A stretch of DNA of 64,000 bases from Candidatus Latescibacterota bacterium (GCA_965203355.1 OZ241889.1:1728001-1792000); one strand, 5' to 3'; counted from the first letter of the stretch, positions 36,960-46,312 are shown. The notes: generated from the sequence alone by a model not told the origin. Numbers and translations: made by a program.

Positions 36960-39900
36960 TAAGGTTCGCGTTTTGTCTGCTGCTCAGTTGGGCGGGTGCG
37001 TCCTGGGCCCAAAACCACCCGCAATTAGCTTGGCAGGTGGTGGAGACCGAGCACTTTCGCATTTTCTATCACCAGGGGTTGGAAGGGGCGGCGGCGCGGG
37101 CGGCGCGCATTGCCGAAGCCGCGTACGCGCCCCTTACCGAGCTGTATGGGTACGAGCCGGACGGGCGCGTGCGGATCGTGCTCAAGGACCACGACGATTA
37201 CGCCAATGGCGCTGCTTTTTTCTATCAAGACGCCATTGAGATCTGGGCCACATCGCTGGACCACGACTTTGACTTGCGCGGCAGCTCGGACTGGCTGCGC
37301 AACGTAATTACCCACGAGTTTGCCCACATCATTTCGCTGGGTGCCGCGCGCAAGGGCGTCCAGCGCGTCCCGGCGCTCTATTTGCAGTACTTTGGCTACC
37401 AGCGGGAGAAAGATCGGCCTGACATTCTCACCGGCTACCCAGATGTCATCGCCTCTTATCCAGTGATGGGCACGGTGGTGCCGATGTGGCTGGCCGAGGG
37501 CGCGGCCCAGTATGGCACTGCGACTACGGCTCACGACCGCTGGGACGCCAACCGCGACATGGTGCTGCGTTCTTTGGTGCTGGCCGACGAGCAGCTATCC
37601 TTCGAGCAGATGGGCGTCTTTGGCAAGCAGGGCTTTGGCAACGAATACGTGTACGATCACGGCTTTGGCTTGGTGCGCTACATTGCCGAGACATACGGGG
37701 AAGAAAAAGTCGCCGAACTCTATCGGGCCGCATCGCAGTGGCACACACTCGCCATTGACGGGGCGTGCAAAAAGGTCTTGGGCAAGAGCGCGGACGAGTT
37801 ATACGGCGAGTGGATCGAGTCGATGCGGCAGGGCTATCAGGCGCAGGTGGCGGCGTTGGGGCCGCTGCGCGAAGGCGAGCGAATTGCGGATGTCGGCTTT
37901 TCCAATCTGCGGCCGCGACTGGCCCCCAATGGCACGCGATTGGCGTATCTGTCAACGCGCAAGCGGCACCACTACCCACACGGCTTAATCGTGCGCGACC
38001 TCGCTACCGGCGAGGAGGAAATCGCCGCGTTTCCGGTGGCCGCTTCGACTGTGGATTGGTCGCCAGACGGGCGCAAACTGCTCTTTTCGCGCATTGACCG
38101 AGCCGACAAATACGGTTCGCGGCAGGCGGATATTTACGAGTGGGATTCCGCGGCCGCGGGTCCTAGTTTTTGGCGCAGTATGCTGTGGTTTGTGCCGGCT
38201 CTGGTCAGCGGCACGGCGCCAGAGACGCCGCGCATCAAGCGGTTGACGCGGGGGCTGCGCGCACTGTATCCGACCTACGCGCCCGATGGTGAGTGGATCG
38301 TCTTTGTGCAAAACAAGGACGCCAGCAACAATTTGGCGATGGTGCGGGCCGACGGCACAGACCTGCGCTATCTGACCCATTTCGCCGACGGCACCCAGCT
38401 CTACACGCCGCGCTTTTCGCCCGATGGCCGCAAGCTGGCGTTTGCCATCGCGCGCGAGGGCCAGCGCGACATCGCCGTAGTGGAGTTGGACGCCGGGGGC
38501 GGTTTACTCGCCGAAGGAGCATTCGACCTCGCCATTGCCACGCCGGGTACGGACCGCGATCCAGCGTGGAGTGCCGATGGCGCGGAGCTCGTGTTTGCGT
38601 CGGATTTTAGCGGCATTTTCAACATTTATGCTCTGAACTTAGAGACGCATGCGCTGCGGCAGATAACCAATACTGTCGGCGGTGCGTTTAGCCCATCGGT
38701 CGGCTCGGACCGCGAGGTCGTCTTTACGGCTTATACGGCGGCTGGCTTTGAGATTCGCCAGTTGCCGGGCGAGGGGACGGCGGTGGCGGCTGACGAGGCG
38801 TGGTTTTCCCAATATGTGCCGCTGGAGTGGGACGGTGCGCCAGCACGCGCGTTGCCGAGTGCGCCGCAAGCCTATGGCATTGACTTTCTCAAGACCGGGG
38901 TTCTGCCGAGGCTGTTTGTCGACGAGGGGCGTTTCAAGGCGGGCGCGTATATCTCTTCTAGCGACGTGCTCAATCGCCAGAGCATATTGGCCGGAGGGGC
39001 GATCGCGCCAGACAATGCCGACCGCGACTTGTTCGCCATATACGAGTTTAAGGGATTTCGCCCTACCTTCTTTTTAGAGGCATTCAATCAGCGTCGGCGC
39101 TCGGCCCGCGGCGATAGCTCGAAGGCGCGGGCGGGCATTGTCAACGCCGTCAATTACAACTTGAGCCAGTTCAACGCTGGGGTGCGCGGCAAGTTGGGTC
39201 GCTACGGGGAGCTGACGGCTTCGGCCATGTACGAACGCTACGACGCCAGCGTCCAATGGGAGGCTTTTGTGCCGCGCCGCGACGGTGGCCTCGGTTTTGA
39301 ACGCCAGCGGCAAAGGCCCTTTGGCTATACCTATCTCAATGGTTTTGGCTTAGGGCTGACCTATCGGTTGGCGCTGATTGCGCGGCGGCGGGATCGCGAG
39401 ATAAGCCCGGTGGGCCGTCAGCTCTACGCGCGCTACGACCGGATGTTCAACTATTTCATCGACGGCTTTAACGAGCAGGCCTCTTTTATCGACGAGAATT
39501 ATATCAAGCTCTTTTACAATCAGTTTACCGTTGATTGGCGAGAGCACATGCGCATGCCCGGCAATACTCGCTTGGGCCTGCGGCTGTACGGCGGCTGGAT
39601 CGACAATGACGCGGTGAGCGACACGTCGCGGGTCGGCGATTTCTTCGACTATCGCCTCGGCGGTCTCAACTTTATGAAGGGCTATACGTTTTACAGTATT
39701 GAGGGGCGCAAGGCCCTGATGGGCACGGCGACGCTGCGCTTTCCCTTGCTGCCGAATGTGGGCAAGCGCATGGCGCAGCTGTATTTCGACAAAGTGTATG
39801 GTGCGGTGTACGCTAGCATGGGCAAGGCTTGGGACCGGAATATCGGCGAGTGGAACGAACGATATGGACGCGACGGCCCGCTGCGGGATGTGGGGGGGCA

Positions 39901-40033
39901 GTTGCGCTTTGACTTGATTTCTTACTACAGTGTGCCGACGCGGGTGCAGGTGGATGTGGCTTACGGGATTGACGAGGTGCCGGATAAGGGACGGTGGAAG
40001 TCCTATTTTACTGTGTTGTTTGGGTATTTGTAG
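36956..40033 (+). CDS. Peptidase MA-like + TolB/WD40 (PD40) propeller + Omp85-like barrel protein
   Basis: Signal peptide; THEFAH and WLAEG; WSPDG/FSPDG/WSADG repeats; C-terminal LGGLNFMKGY and YFTVLFGYL. Confidence 0.78.
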   Translation: MIRFAFCLLLSWAGASWAQNHPQLAWQVVETEHFRIFYHQGLEGAAARAARIAEAAYAPLTELYGYEPDGRVRIVLKDHDDYANGAAFFYQDAIEIWATSLDHDFDLRGSSDWLRNVITHEFAHIISLGAARKGVQRVPALYLQYFGYQREKDRPDILTGYPDVIASYPVMGTVVPMWLAEGAAQYGTATTAHDRWDANRDMVLRSLVLADEQLSFEQMGVFGKQGFGNEYVYDHGFGLVRYIAETYGEEKVAELYRAASQWHTLAIDGACKKVLGKSADELYGEWIESMRQGYQAQVAALGPLREGERIADVGFSNLRPRLAPNGTRLAYLSTRKRHHYPHGLIVRDLATGEEEIAAFPVAASTVDWSPDGRKLLFSRIDRADKYGSRQADIYEWDSAAAGPSFWRSMLWFVPALVSGTAPETPRIKRLTRGLRALYPTYAPDGEWIVFVQNKDASNNLAMVRADGTDLRYLTHFADGTQLYTPRFSPDGRKLAFAIAREGQRDIAVVELDAGGGLLAEGAFDLAIATPGTDRDPAWSADGAELVFASDFSGIFNIYALNLETHALRQITNTVGGAFSPSVGSDREVVFTAYTAAGFEIRQLPGEGTAVAADEAWFSQYVPLEWDGAPARALPSAPQAYGIDFLKTGVLPRLFVDEGRFKAGAYISSSDVLNRQSILAGGAIAPDNADRDLFAIYEFKGFRPTFFLEAFNQRRRSARGDSSKARAGIVNAVNYNLSQFNAGVRGKLGRYGELTASAMYERYDASVQWEAFVPRRDGGLGFERQRQRPFGYTYLNGFGLGLTYRLALIARRRDREISPVGRQLYARYDRMFNYFIDGFNEQASFIDENYIKLFYNQFTVDWREHMRMPGNTRLGLRLYGGWIDNDAVSDTSRVGDFFDYRLGGLNFMKGYTFYSIEGRKALMGTATLRFPLLPNVGKRMAQLYFDKVYGAVYASMGKAWDRNIGEWNERYGRDGPLRDVGGQLRFDLISYYSVPTRVQVDVAYGIDEVPDKGRWKSYFTVLFGYL

Positions 40034-40054
40034 GGCGCACATTTCGAGGTAGAG

Positions 40055-40978
40055 ATGCTACGGCACGTGACAATTCCGCATCCATTTCCCTATCAGGGTA
40101 GTAAGCGCGGCATTGCACGGCATATCCTCGCGCATTTTCCGCGCGATGTCGATTGCCTCATCGAGCCTTTTTGCGGGTCCGGTGCCATTGCTCTTGCCGC
40201 TGCCGCGCACGGGATCGCAAAGCGATTTTGGCTCAATGATTTGAACGAACCTTTGATCGGGCTGTGGGAAGAAATTTTGCAGCGGCCCAATGAGCTGAGT
40301 AAAAACTATGAACGGCTATGGATGGAACAACACCCGGACAAAAGGGCTTTCTTTCTCGACATTCGCGACAAATTCAATGCAGCCCATCGGCCTCATCACC
40401 TGCTCTATCTGCTGGCGCGCATAGTAAAAGGCTCGGTGCGGTACAGTGCCGAGGGCTCGTTCAACCAAAGCGCGGACAACCGACGGTCGGGCATGCGTCC
40501 CATACTTATGCAGCGTCAGATACGCGGCGTTCACACCCTGCTTGCTAGGAAAACCACGCTTTCCGCAGTCGATTTCCGCGCGGTGATCGCAGAGGCCGAT
40601 AAAGAGGATCTCATTTACATGGACCCGCCCTATCAGGGTACATCTTTTACGAGGGATCATAGGTATTGTAGCGGCCTGAACTATGCCGAGTTCGCAGACG
40701 CGCTGCAAGCTATGAACGATCGGGGGCTTTCTTACATAGCGAGCTACGACGGGAAAACCGGCGAAAAAAGCCACGGCAAGCCACTGCCTCGCTCGCTTTC
40801 CCTTGCTCACTTGCACATTCGCGCTGGTCGCTCAAGCCAGGCGACACTCTTGGGCGACAAGCACGAGACGGTCGAATCCCTGTATCTTTCGCCTGCTTTA
40901 GTGGAGCGTTTGAACGATGGTCAGTTAGCCATTGTCGGTCGTGCTATTGGGCGTTTCCAGAATCCTATAATCATGTAG
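40055..40978 (+). CDS. D12-class (Dam-like) DNA adenine methyltransferase
   Basis: YQGSKR, EPFCGSG, NDLN, YMDPPY; two 60-nt spot counts give 47-52% GC, below the flanks. Confidence 0.92.
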   Translation: MLRHVTIPHPFPYQGSKRGIARHILAHFPRDVDCLIEPFCGSGAIALAAAAHGIAKRFWLNDLNEPLIGLWEEILQRPNELSKNYERLWMEQHPDKRAFFLDIRDKFNAAHRPHHLLYLLARIVKGSVRYSAEGSFNQSADNRRSGMRPILMQRQIRGVHTLLARKTTLSAVDFRAVIAEADKEDLIYMDPPYQGTSFTRDHRYCSGLNYAEFADALQAMNDRGLSYIASYDGKTGEKSHGKPLPRSLSLAHLHIRAGRSSQATLLGDKHETVESLYLSPALVERLNDGQLAIVGRAIGRFQNPIIM

Positions 40979-41094
40979 CGATGCGCGCGATGCGCAGGCT
41001 GGATGTTCTATGGACCGGTGCGGAAGTAACCGAGTACGACCGATTGCAAGAGACCGCCGAGAAAGTTGGCGAAGAAACTCGAATGTGCAGGTGA
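40933..41094 (+). pseudogene. C-terminal fragment of the partner (HNH-type) endonuclease
   Basis: Alternative frame reads CRSCYWAFPESYNHVAMRAMRRLDVLWTGAEVTEYDRLQETAEKVGEE; recalled as resembling nucleases encoded next to this methylase family; no start or N-terminal part present. Confidence 0.65.
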
Positions 41095-41108
41095 TTAGAG
41101 TATAAAAC

Positions 41109-41249
41109 TAGGTCGCGCTTTGATAATGGTACATTTTGCAATCTCCAATTGTCGCGCGGGCTTGGGGGGTCGGGGTTCAGGCGGAGCCGGGGCGACCCGT
41201 TTAACGGGAGTAAAGCTAAATCGCAAAATGTACCACTACCCGCGTTTTG
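41109..41249 (+). mobile_element. Structured non-autonomous repeat (MITE/REPIN-like), copy 2
   Basis: Perfect 13-bp inverted repeat 41127-41139/41223-41235; aligns with the reverse complement of 7702-7843. Confidence 0.7.
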
Positions 41250-41274
41250 GGTGTTGCAATGGAAAGGAGCGAGC

Positions 41275-42192
41275 ATGACGAGGACAGGAATCGCGCTGGT
41301 GGTTGCGCTGCTAACGGCTAGCGGCCTCCAAGCCGAGGGATTGCCGAGTATTTTGAGCGCGGAGGGACAGGCGTTTTTGGCGGGATTGCGGGCGGTAGAA
41401 GGCGATGCGAACCCTGAGCCAACGCCTCGCGTTGCGCCGCGCAAGGACAAGTCGTCGAAGCGGGCGTTTTTGCTGTCCGCGCTGGTGCCGGGGTTAGGCG
41501 AGTGGTATGCGGGGTCGAAGAAGCGAGGACTGGCGTTTTTGGGCGCCGAAGCCGCGCTATGGGGCCTGTGGGCGGTCTGGCGGGGCCAGGGCAATGACCT
41601 GGAGGAAAAGTTCCGAGCCGTAGCCGACGAGCACTGGGATCCGCTCAACTACTTGGCTTGGCGCGGCTCGACGATGTCAAACAATTCTTCGATCACGCAC
41701 GCGCTGCCTTGTAGTAGCGAGGTCGTCCGCGTGTACATTCCAGCGCGCAACGAGTGGATGCAGCAGCAGCGAACAGGTGGGTTGGGGAGTGCGGCCTTCG
41801 GCGGATGCGCGCCGCGTGAGGTTCAGCAGTACTACGAACTGCTTGGCAAATACGATCAATATGTCGCTGGTTGGGACGATCTAGTGAGCCGCAGGACCGG
41901 CAATGCGGCTGCGCCGGCCGATGTCGATTCCGTCGAAAATTTCCATTCCGAGCGTCGGCTCCGCTACGAAGACCAGCGCGATGAGAGCAATCGCTTTCTC
42001 AAGCGAGCTTCCACCATAAGCGGGGTCATCCTGATCAACCACGTTATCAGCGCCATAGACGCGGCGCGGGTGGCGCGGGCGCGGGCTGCGGGGGCGGACG
42101 AAGCGGCCCTGCGGCGGCGGACGCGCTTGGCGTTGGTCGTGCCGCCGTGGGGGCGCGTGCCCATGCTCGTGGCGTACAAGCCGTTGGATTGA
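41275..42192 (+). CDS. Exported/membrane protein, DUF5683-like
   Basis: Signal peptide, SALVPGLGEWY, QQYYELLGKYDQYVAGWDD, NHVISAIDA; ATG after aaggag. Confidence 0.7.
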   Translation: MTRTGIALVVALLTASGLQAEGLPSILSAEGQAFLAGLRAVEGDANPEPTPRVAPRKDKSSKRAFLLSALVPGLGEWYAGSKKRGLAFLGAEAALWGLWAVWRGQGNDLEEKFRAVADEHWDPLNYLAWRGSTMSNNSSITHALPCSSEVVRVYIPARNEWMQQQRTGGLGSAAFGGCAPREVQQYYELLGKYDQYVAGWDDLVSRRTGNAAAPADVDSVENFHSERRLRYEDQRDESNRFLKRASTISGVILINHVISAIDAARVARARAAGADEAALRRRTRLALVVPPWGRVPMLVAYKPLD

Positions 42193-42196
42193 GCTT

Positions 42197-42802
42197 ATGT
42201 GGTGCTGGATCGCGTTTATCTTATTGTTGCCCGGCGTGGCTGAAGCCGGGAAGGCCCAAGGGGCGTTTTGGCGCTCCTTGCTGGTGCCCGGGTGGGGGCA
42301 GCAGTACGCACGCGGCGGCGGCGGTGGCTTCTTGGCTGCTGAGTTGGCACTTTGGGGCGGCTATTGGGGTTTTGAGTGGCTGGGTCAGATGCGCCGCGAT
42401 CGCTACCAAGCGTATGCGGCCGAGCGCGCGGGTGCGCGGCCCGAGGGCAAGGGGCGCGACTATTTCGACGACTTGGGGTTTTATGCGAGCCGGTTGGAGC
42501 ACAACCAGTTCGCCCGCTACGAGGACGGCCCAGACGCCGAGCTCTATCCAGTAGAAGCGGATTTTTTCTGGGAATGGGATCGCGACGAGTCGCGCCAGCA
42601 CTACCGCGCGTTGCGCAATGCGAGCCAGCACGCGCAGCGGCAGGCACTCTACGTAACGGGGTTGGTGGTCGTCAATCACCTCGTGGCCGCCATCCATGCG
42701 GCGCGGATGGCTAGCGCGGAGCAAGCTCAAACGGGCTTCGCGCCCCAGGTGGCGGTGGGGCCTGGGGGAGCGGCGTTCTTCCTCGTGCGGCATTTCTACT
42801 GA
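42197..42802 (+). CDS. Shorter paralogous DUF5683-like protein
   Basis: SLLVPGWGQQY, NHLVAAIHA. Confidence 0.7.
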   Translation: MWCWIAFILLLPGVAEAGKAQGAFWRSLLVPGWGQQYARGGGGGFLAAELALWGGYWGFEWLGQMRRDRYQAYAAERAGARPEGKGRDYFDDLGFYASRLEHNQFARYEDGPDAELYPVEADFFWEWDRDESRQHYRALRNASQHAQRQALYVTGLVVVNHLVAAIHAARMASAEQAQTGFAPQVAVGPGGAAFFLVRHFY

Positions 42803-44385
42803 TGGCCGGCTTTTTTCCGCGAGTGGCTTGGGCCGCGTGGATGCTCTTGCTGCCGCTGGAGGTCGCAGCCCAAGAGCGGATATGCGGGACGCGCTGGCTT
42901 GAGCAGCACCGCGCGTCTTTCCCCGCGTCGGCCGCCAAGGCCGCAGGCGCAAGTCAAGAAGCAGGCCCGATTGAAGTGGGAACCCAGCGCGCCTTTTACG
43001 TGCCGACTGAATTCGCGCTCAAGTTGGCCACTTGCCGCTACAAGGGGACGCACTGCTATATCTTCGTCGAAGAAAGTCAGTGGGACGTCATCGCGGCCCA
43101 GCCGGATGTAGATAAGCTGGGTGCGCTTTTCGACGCGGCGACTCCGGCGGATCCCGCGCGCGGCGTATTTGAAATAGCGGTCGATGCCTTTGGCGAGCCT
43201 GCTGACAAAGACGGCGACCCTCGCCTCTTCATGCTGATTTTGGACCTTCCGGGGAATATAGTCGGCTATTTCGACCCCGCGCTGTACGAGCGGGCTCAGC
43301 CCGAATTGCAGCGCGATACGATTTACCTCGACGCGAACACGCTGGCCTTCCGTGCCTATCTCGCCCACGCCACCTTAGCGCACGAATTTCAGCACCTCAT
43401 CCATTGGAGCCGCGATGCCGACGAGGAGGCATGGATCGACGAAGGACTTGCTGGGTACGCCGAGGATCTGGTGGGTTTCCCCGAAGCGGATCCGAGCATG
43501 GTGCCGAGTTTTCTCGCCGATCCCAGTATCAATCTGACGCACTGGACGTCTAGTTCCGCTAGCTACGGCAAGACGTATCTGTTCGCCTCGTTTTTGGCCG
43601 ACCGCTATGGTGCGGGGCTGATTCGCCAAATCGTCGCTGAGCCGCGCAACGGCATTTTGGGCATTGACGACGCGTTCAAGAACCAAAACTGGGTCGAGGA
43701 TTACGCGGGTGCTTGGCGGTTGTGGATTGCGGCTAACTATGCGGGTGGGTACGAGGCCCTGCGCGGTCGCCGGGCCGCTGCGATGGCCGCGCCCGAGGTG
43801 CCTTTCGCAAAACTGGCCGGCGCGGTTGGCAACCAATGGGGCGCGGCCAATGTGGTCATTCGCCCAGCGGGCGATGTAGCCGTTGATTTCGCGGGCGCGG
43901 CCGAGGGGGACTATGCCGTGTGGGTGTACGCCCAGCGCGCCCAGCGCGGCGAACTGATGGCGATGGAACTTAGCGCGGATAATGCTGGGCAGGTACAGGT
44001 TGCGGATGTGGACAGCGCAGCGGTCATCGTCGGCCGGGCTTCGCCGACGGGTGGAGCGTTTGCTCTCGCGGCTCGGTATTTTACGCCCACGGTCGTAGCC
44101 ATGCGGGTTGAGGAGCGGGCCGGAGCCAGCGGCTTGGCACCGGTTTATCCGAACCCGGCCAACAGCGCGGTGAGTCTGTCCTTTCGCTTGGCAAGGGAAG
44201 CGGACGTCGAGCTGGCGATATACAATGTCTTAGGCCAGCGCACGGCCCTTTTGGTGGCCGAGCGGCTCGGGGCTGGTCAGCACTGGGCGCGCTGGCGCGG
44301 CGACCGGGCGGCGAGCGGGGCGTATTGGGCTGTGTTGAAGGTCGGCGGGGAAACGCGAATGCGTCGGTTGATGTTGGTCCGGTGA
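42802..44385 (+). CDS. Secreted zinc metalloprotease (M30/MA-like) with T9SS C-terminal domain
   Basis: Signal peptide, ICGT (cysteine-switch-like), AHEFQHLIH, WIDEGLA, VYPNP...IYNVLGQ. Confidence 0.82.
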   Translation: MAGFFPRVAWAAWMLLLPLEVAAQERICGTRWLEQHRASFPASAAKAAGASQEAGPIEVGTQRAFYVPTEFALKLATCRYKGTHCYIFVEESQWDVIAAQPDVDKLGALFDAATPADPARGVFEIAVDAFGEPADKDGDPRLFMLILDLPGNIVGYFDPALYERAQPELQRDTIYLDANTLAFRAYLAHATLAHEFQHLIHWSRDADEEAWIDEGLAGYAEDLVGFPEADPSMVPSFLADPSINLTHWTSSSASYGKTYLFASFLADRYGAGLIRQIVAEPRNGILGIDDAFKNQNWVEDYAGAWRLWIAANYAGGYEALRGRRAAAMAAPEVPFAKLAGAVGNQWGAANVVIRPAGDVAVDFAGAAEGDYAVWVYAQRAQRGELMAMELSADNAGQVQVADVDSAAVIVGRASPTGGAFALAARYFTPTVVAMRVEERAGASGLAPVYPNPANSAVSLSFRLAREADVELAIYNVLGQRTALLVAERLGAGQHWARWRGDRAASGAYWAVLKVGGETRMRRLMLVR

Positions 44386-44560
44386 AAGTGGGAATTAGAC
44401 ACTCGAAGGCTCCTTCTAGAGCAGCCTAGGCCTGGGGAAGCCCCGCGCCGTTCTAAGCCGCTTGACGGCCCGTTGAAGTAGTCCGACGAGAATCTTAAAA
44501 AGGCTTCTGAGGCACTCAGGTATATAATTCCCTAAAATTTTGTCTTGGGCTGTTTGATGG

Positions 44561-44588
44561 GGGATGCGCTGCGGCGCGTCCCTTTTTA
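44561..44588 (+). terminator. Intrinsic terminator ending the T9SS-like operon
   Basis: gggatgcgc-tgcg-gcgcgtccc followed by ttttt. Confidence 0.7.
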
Positions 44589-45434
44589 TTTGGGCACCGC
44601 TTTGATATTGTCAATCAGCCGGACGTTGGCCAGGCGCACGGCGAGGGCGATGACGACCGGGCCGGCGATGTGGGCTGTTTCTTCGAGCGTGTCCGGGTGG
44701 GCGATGGAAATGTAGTCAATGGACGCATCGAGTGTGTGCTCGATGTGCGCCCGCAGCGCGGCGATGACTTGGCTGGCGTCGCGTTCGCCCTGTTCGATTT
44801 GTTCGCGGCCCATGGTGAGTGCTTCGTAGAGGGCCGATGCGCGCTGCCGCTCTATTGCGCTGAGCAGGACGTTGCGCGAGCTCATGGCCAGGCCGTTTGC
44901 TTCGCGCACGGTGGGGGCAACCTCGATGTGCAAGCCCAAGTTCAAATCGCGCACTAGGCGACGAATGATGGTCGCCTGCTGGTAGTCTTTTTGGCCGAAG
45001 ACGGCTAGGTGCGGTTTGACGGCGGTAAATAGCTTGGTCACTACGGTGGTGACGCCGCGAAAGTGACCGGGGCGGAAAGGGCCGCACAGCCCCTTGGCTA
45101 GCGCTTCGACCTCGACGAAGGTCGAGAAGTCTGAGGGATAGAATTCCGCTGTTTGGGGATGGAATACTGCATCGACGCCTCGGCGGGACAACAGGTCGAG
45201 GTCGCGCTCCATGTTGCGCGGATAGATCGCGAAGTCTTCTTGCGGCCCGAATTGCAGCGGGTTGACGAAGATGCTGACGACCGTGCGGTTTGCCGCTTTG
45301 AGGCTGTGATCGACCAAGCTGAGATGCCCCTCGTGCAAAAACCCCATCGTCGGCACCAGCCCGACGCACAGGCCCGCGCCGCGCCAAGCGTCGGATTGCC
45401 GCTGCATTTCCGCAATGGAATCAATGCGTTGCAA
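44586..45434 (-). CDS. panC: Pantoate--beta-alanine ligase
   Basis: VPTMGFLHEGH, SIFVNPLQF, RPGHFRGV, FGQKDYQQ, RLIDN; probable TTG start at 45434. Confidence 0.96.
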   Translation of the reverse strand: MQRIDSIAEMQRQSDAWRGAGLCVGLVPTMGFLHEGHLSLVDHSLKAANRTVVSIFVNPLQFGPQEDFAIYPRNMERDLDLLSRRGVDAVFHPQTAEFYPSDFSTFVEVEALAKGLCGPFRPGHFRGVTTVVTKLFTAVKPHLAVFGQKDYQQATIIRRLVRDLNLGLHIEVAPTVREANGLAMSSRNVLLSAIERQRASALYEALTMGREQIEQGERDASQVIAALRAHIEHTLDASIDYISIAHPDTLEETAHIAGPVVIALAVRLANVRLIDNIKAVPK

Positions 45435-45945
45435 GACGCACCTTTTCAGGTCGGGCGAGGGGGCCGATGGCCTGGGCTGCGCGACCGTTGAGTGCGGCGC
45501 GGTACGCCGCAAATGGCTGGCCGGTGATCGGATGGCTAAGGCGCGGGGCGATTTCGCAGAGGGGCACCAGCACAAAGCTGCGCTCGTGCATGTGCGGATG
45601 CGGCAGGGTCAGATCCGCGCTTGCGACGACGCGCTCGCCATAGAGCAACAGGTCGAGGTCGAGGGTGCGCGGCCCCCAGCGAATGCGGCGTTGTCGCTGG
45701 TGTTTTTTTTCTGCGGCGAGCAGGGCGACGAGCAGCGGCTCGGGCGCGAGCGCAGTTTCTATGGCAAAAACGGCGTTGAGGAAATCCGGTTGCGCGACCG
45801 GCCCCACTGGCGGGGTTTCGTAGGCTTGGGAGACCTCGGCCAAGCGCGTGTTGGGGAGTGCGGCGACTTCTCTGAGTCCGGCTTCAAGGTACGCCTGGCG
45901 GTCGCCGAGGTTGCTGCCGATGGCGATGTAAGCACGCTCAAGCAT
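45421..45945 (-). CDS. folK: HPPK (2-amino-4-hydroxy-6-hydroxymethyldihydropteridine diphosphokinase)
   Basis: IAIGSNLGDR, RWGPRTLDLDLL, LPHP, RSFVLVP. Confidence 0.96.
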   Translation of the reverse strand: MLERAYIAIGSNLGDRQAYLEAGLREVAALPNTRLAEVSQAYETPPVGPVAQPDFLNAVFAIETALAPEPLLVALLAAEKKHQRQRRIRWGPRTLDLDLLLYGERVVASADLTLPHPHMHERSFVLVPLCEIAPRLSHPITGQPFAAYRAALNGRAAQAIGPLARPEKVRLATH

Positions 45946-46303
45946 AGGAGCGGTGTATTTCGATTTCGACGCCGTCGAAGTGCGCGGCTACTGGGGGGTT
46001 GGGTTTGCGTACGCGGACGACGAGTTCGACCGGGGCGCAGTAGGTGCCCACCTTCTCGGCGACGCGCTCGGCGAGGGCTTCGATCAATTTGCAGGGTTCA
46101 CCCGTGACTACATCGGCCACCAGCGCGTACACCGCTGGATAGTTGATCGCCGCGGCCATATCGTCGCTGCACCCTGCCTGGCGAAAGTCGCCGTAGAGTT
46201 CGACATCGACCTCGTAGTGCTGGCCGAGCGCGGTCTCTTCGGGGAAAAGCCCGTGATAGGCAAAAAAGCGCATGTTGCACAGACGGAGTGCGTCGTTGGG
46301 CAT
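45938..46303 (-). CDS. folB: Dihydroneopterin aldolase
   Basis: FFAYHG..PEE...GQ, INY, LIEALAE, VRKP. Confidence 0.94.
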   Translation of the reverse strand: MPNDALRLCNMRFFAYHGLFPEETALGQHYEVDVELYGDFRQAGCSDDMAAAINYPAVYALVADVVTGEPCKLIEALAERVAEKVGTYCAPVELVVRVRKPNPPVAAHFDGVEIEIHRSYA

Positions 46304-46312
46304 GGCAAAAGC

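Noticed and set aside
41237-41260. Degenerate duplication of the 40033 gene end flanking the methylase insert
   Set aside because: The sequence tacccgcgttttg aligns better with the end of the repeat element (also present at 7702-7716), so a target duplication cannot be supported
41149-41274. N-terminal extension of the 41149 ORF and the similar text in ORF 6941-7837
   Set aside because: Both are translations of the repeat element; the real start is ATG 41275 with a clear RBS and signal peptide
44390-44532. 6S RNA or IS200/IS605 end
   Set aside because: Shorter than a typical 6S with no recognisable central bubble; resemblance to IS605-type ends is too degenerate. Kept only as an unassigned finding
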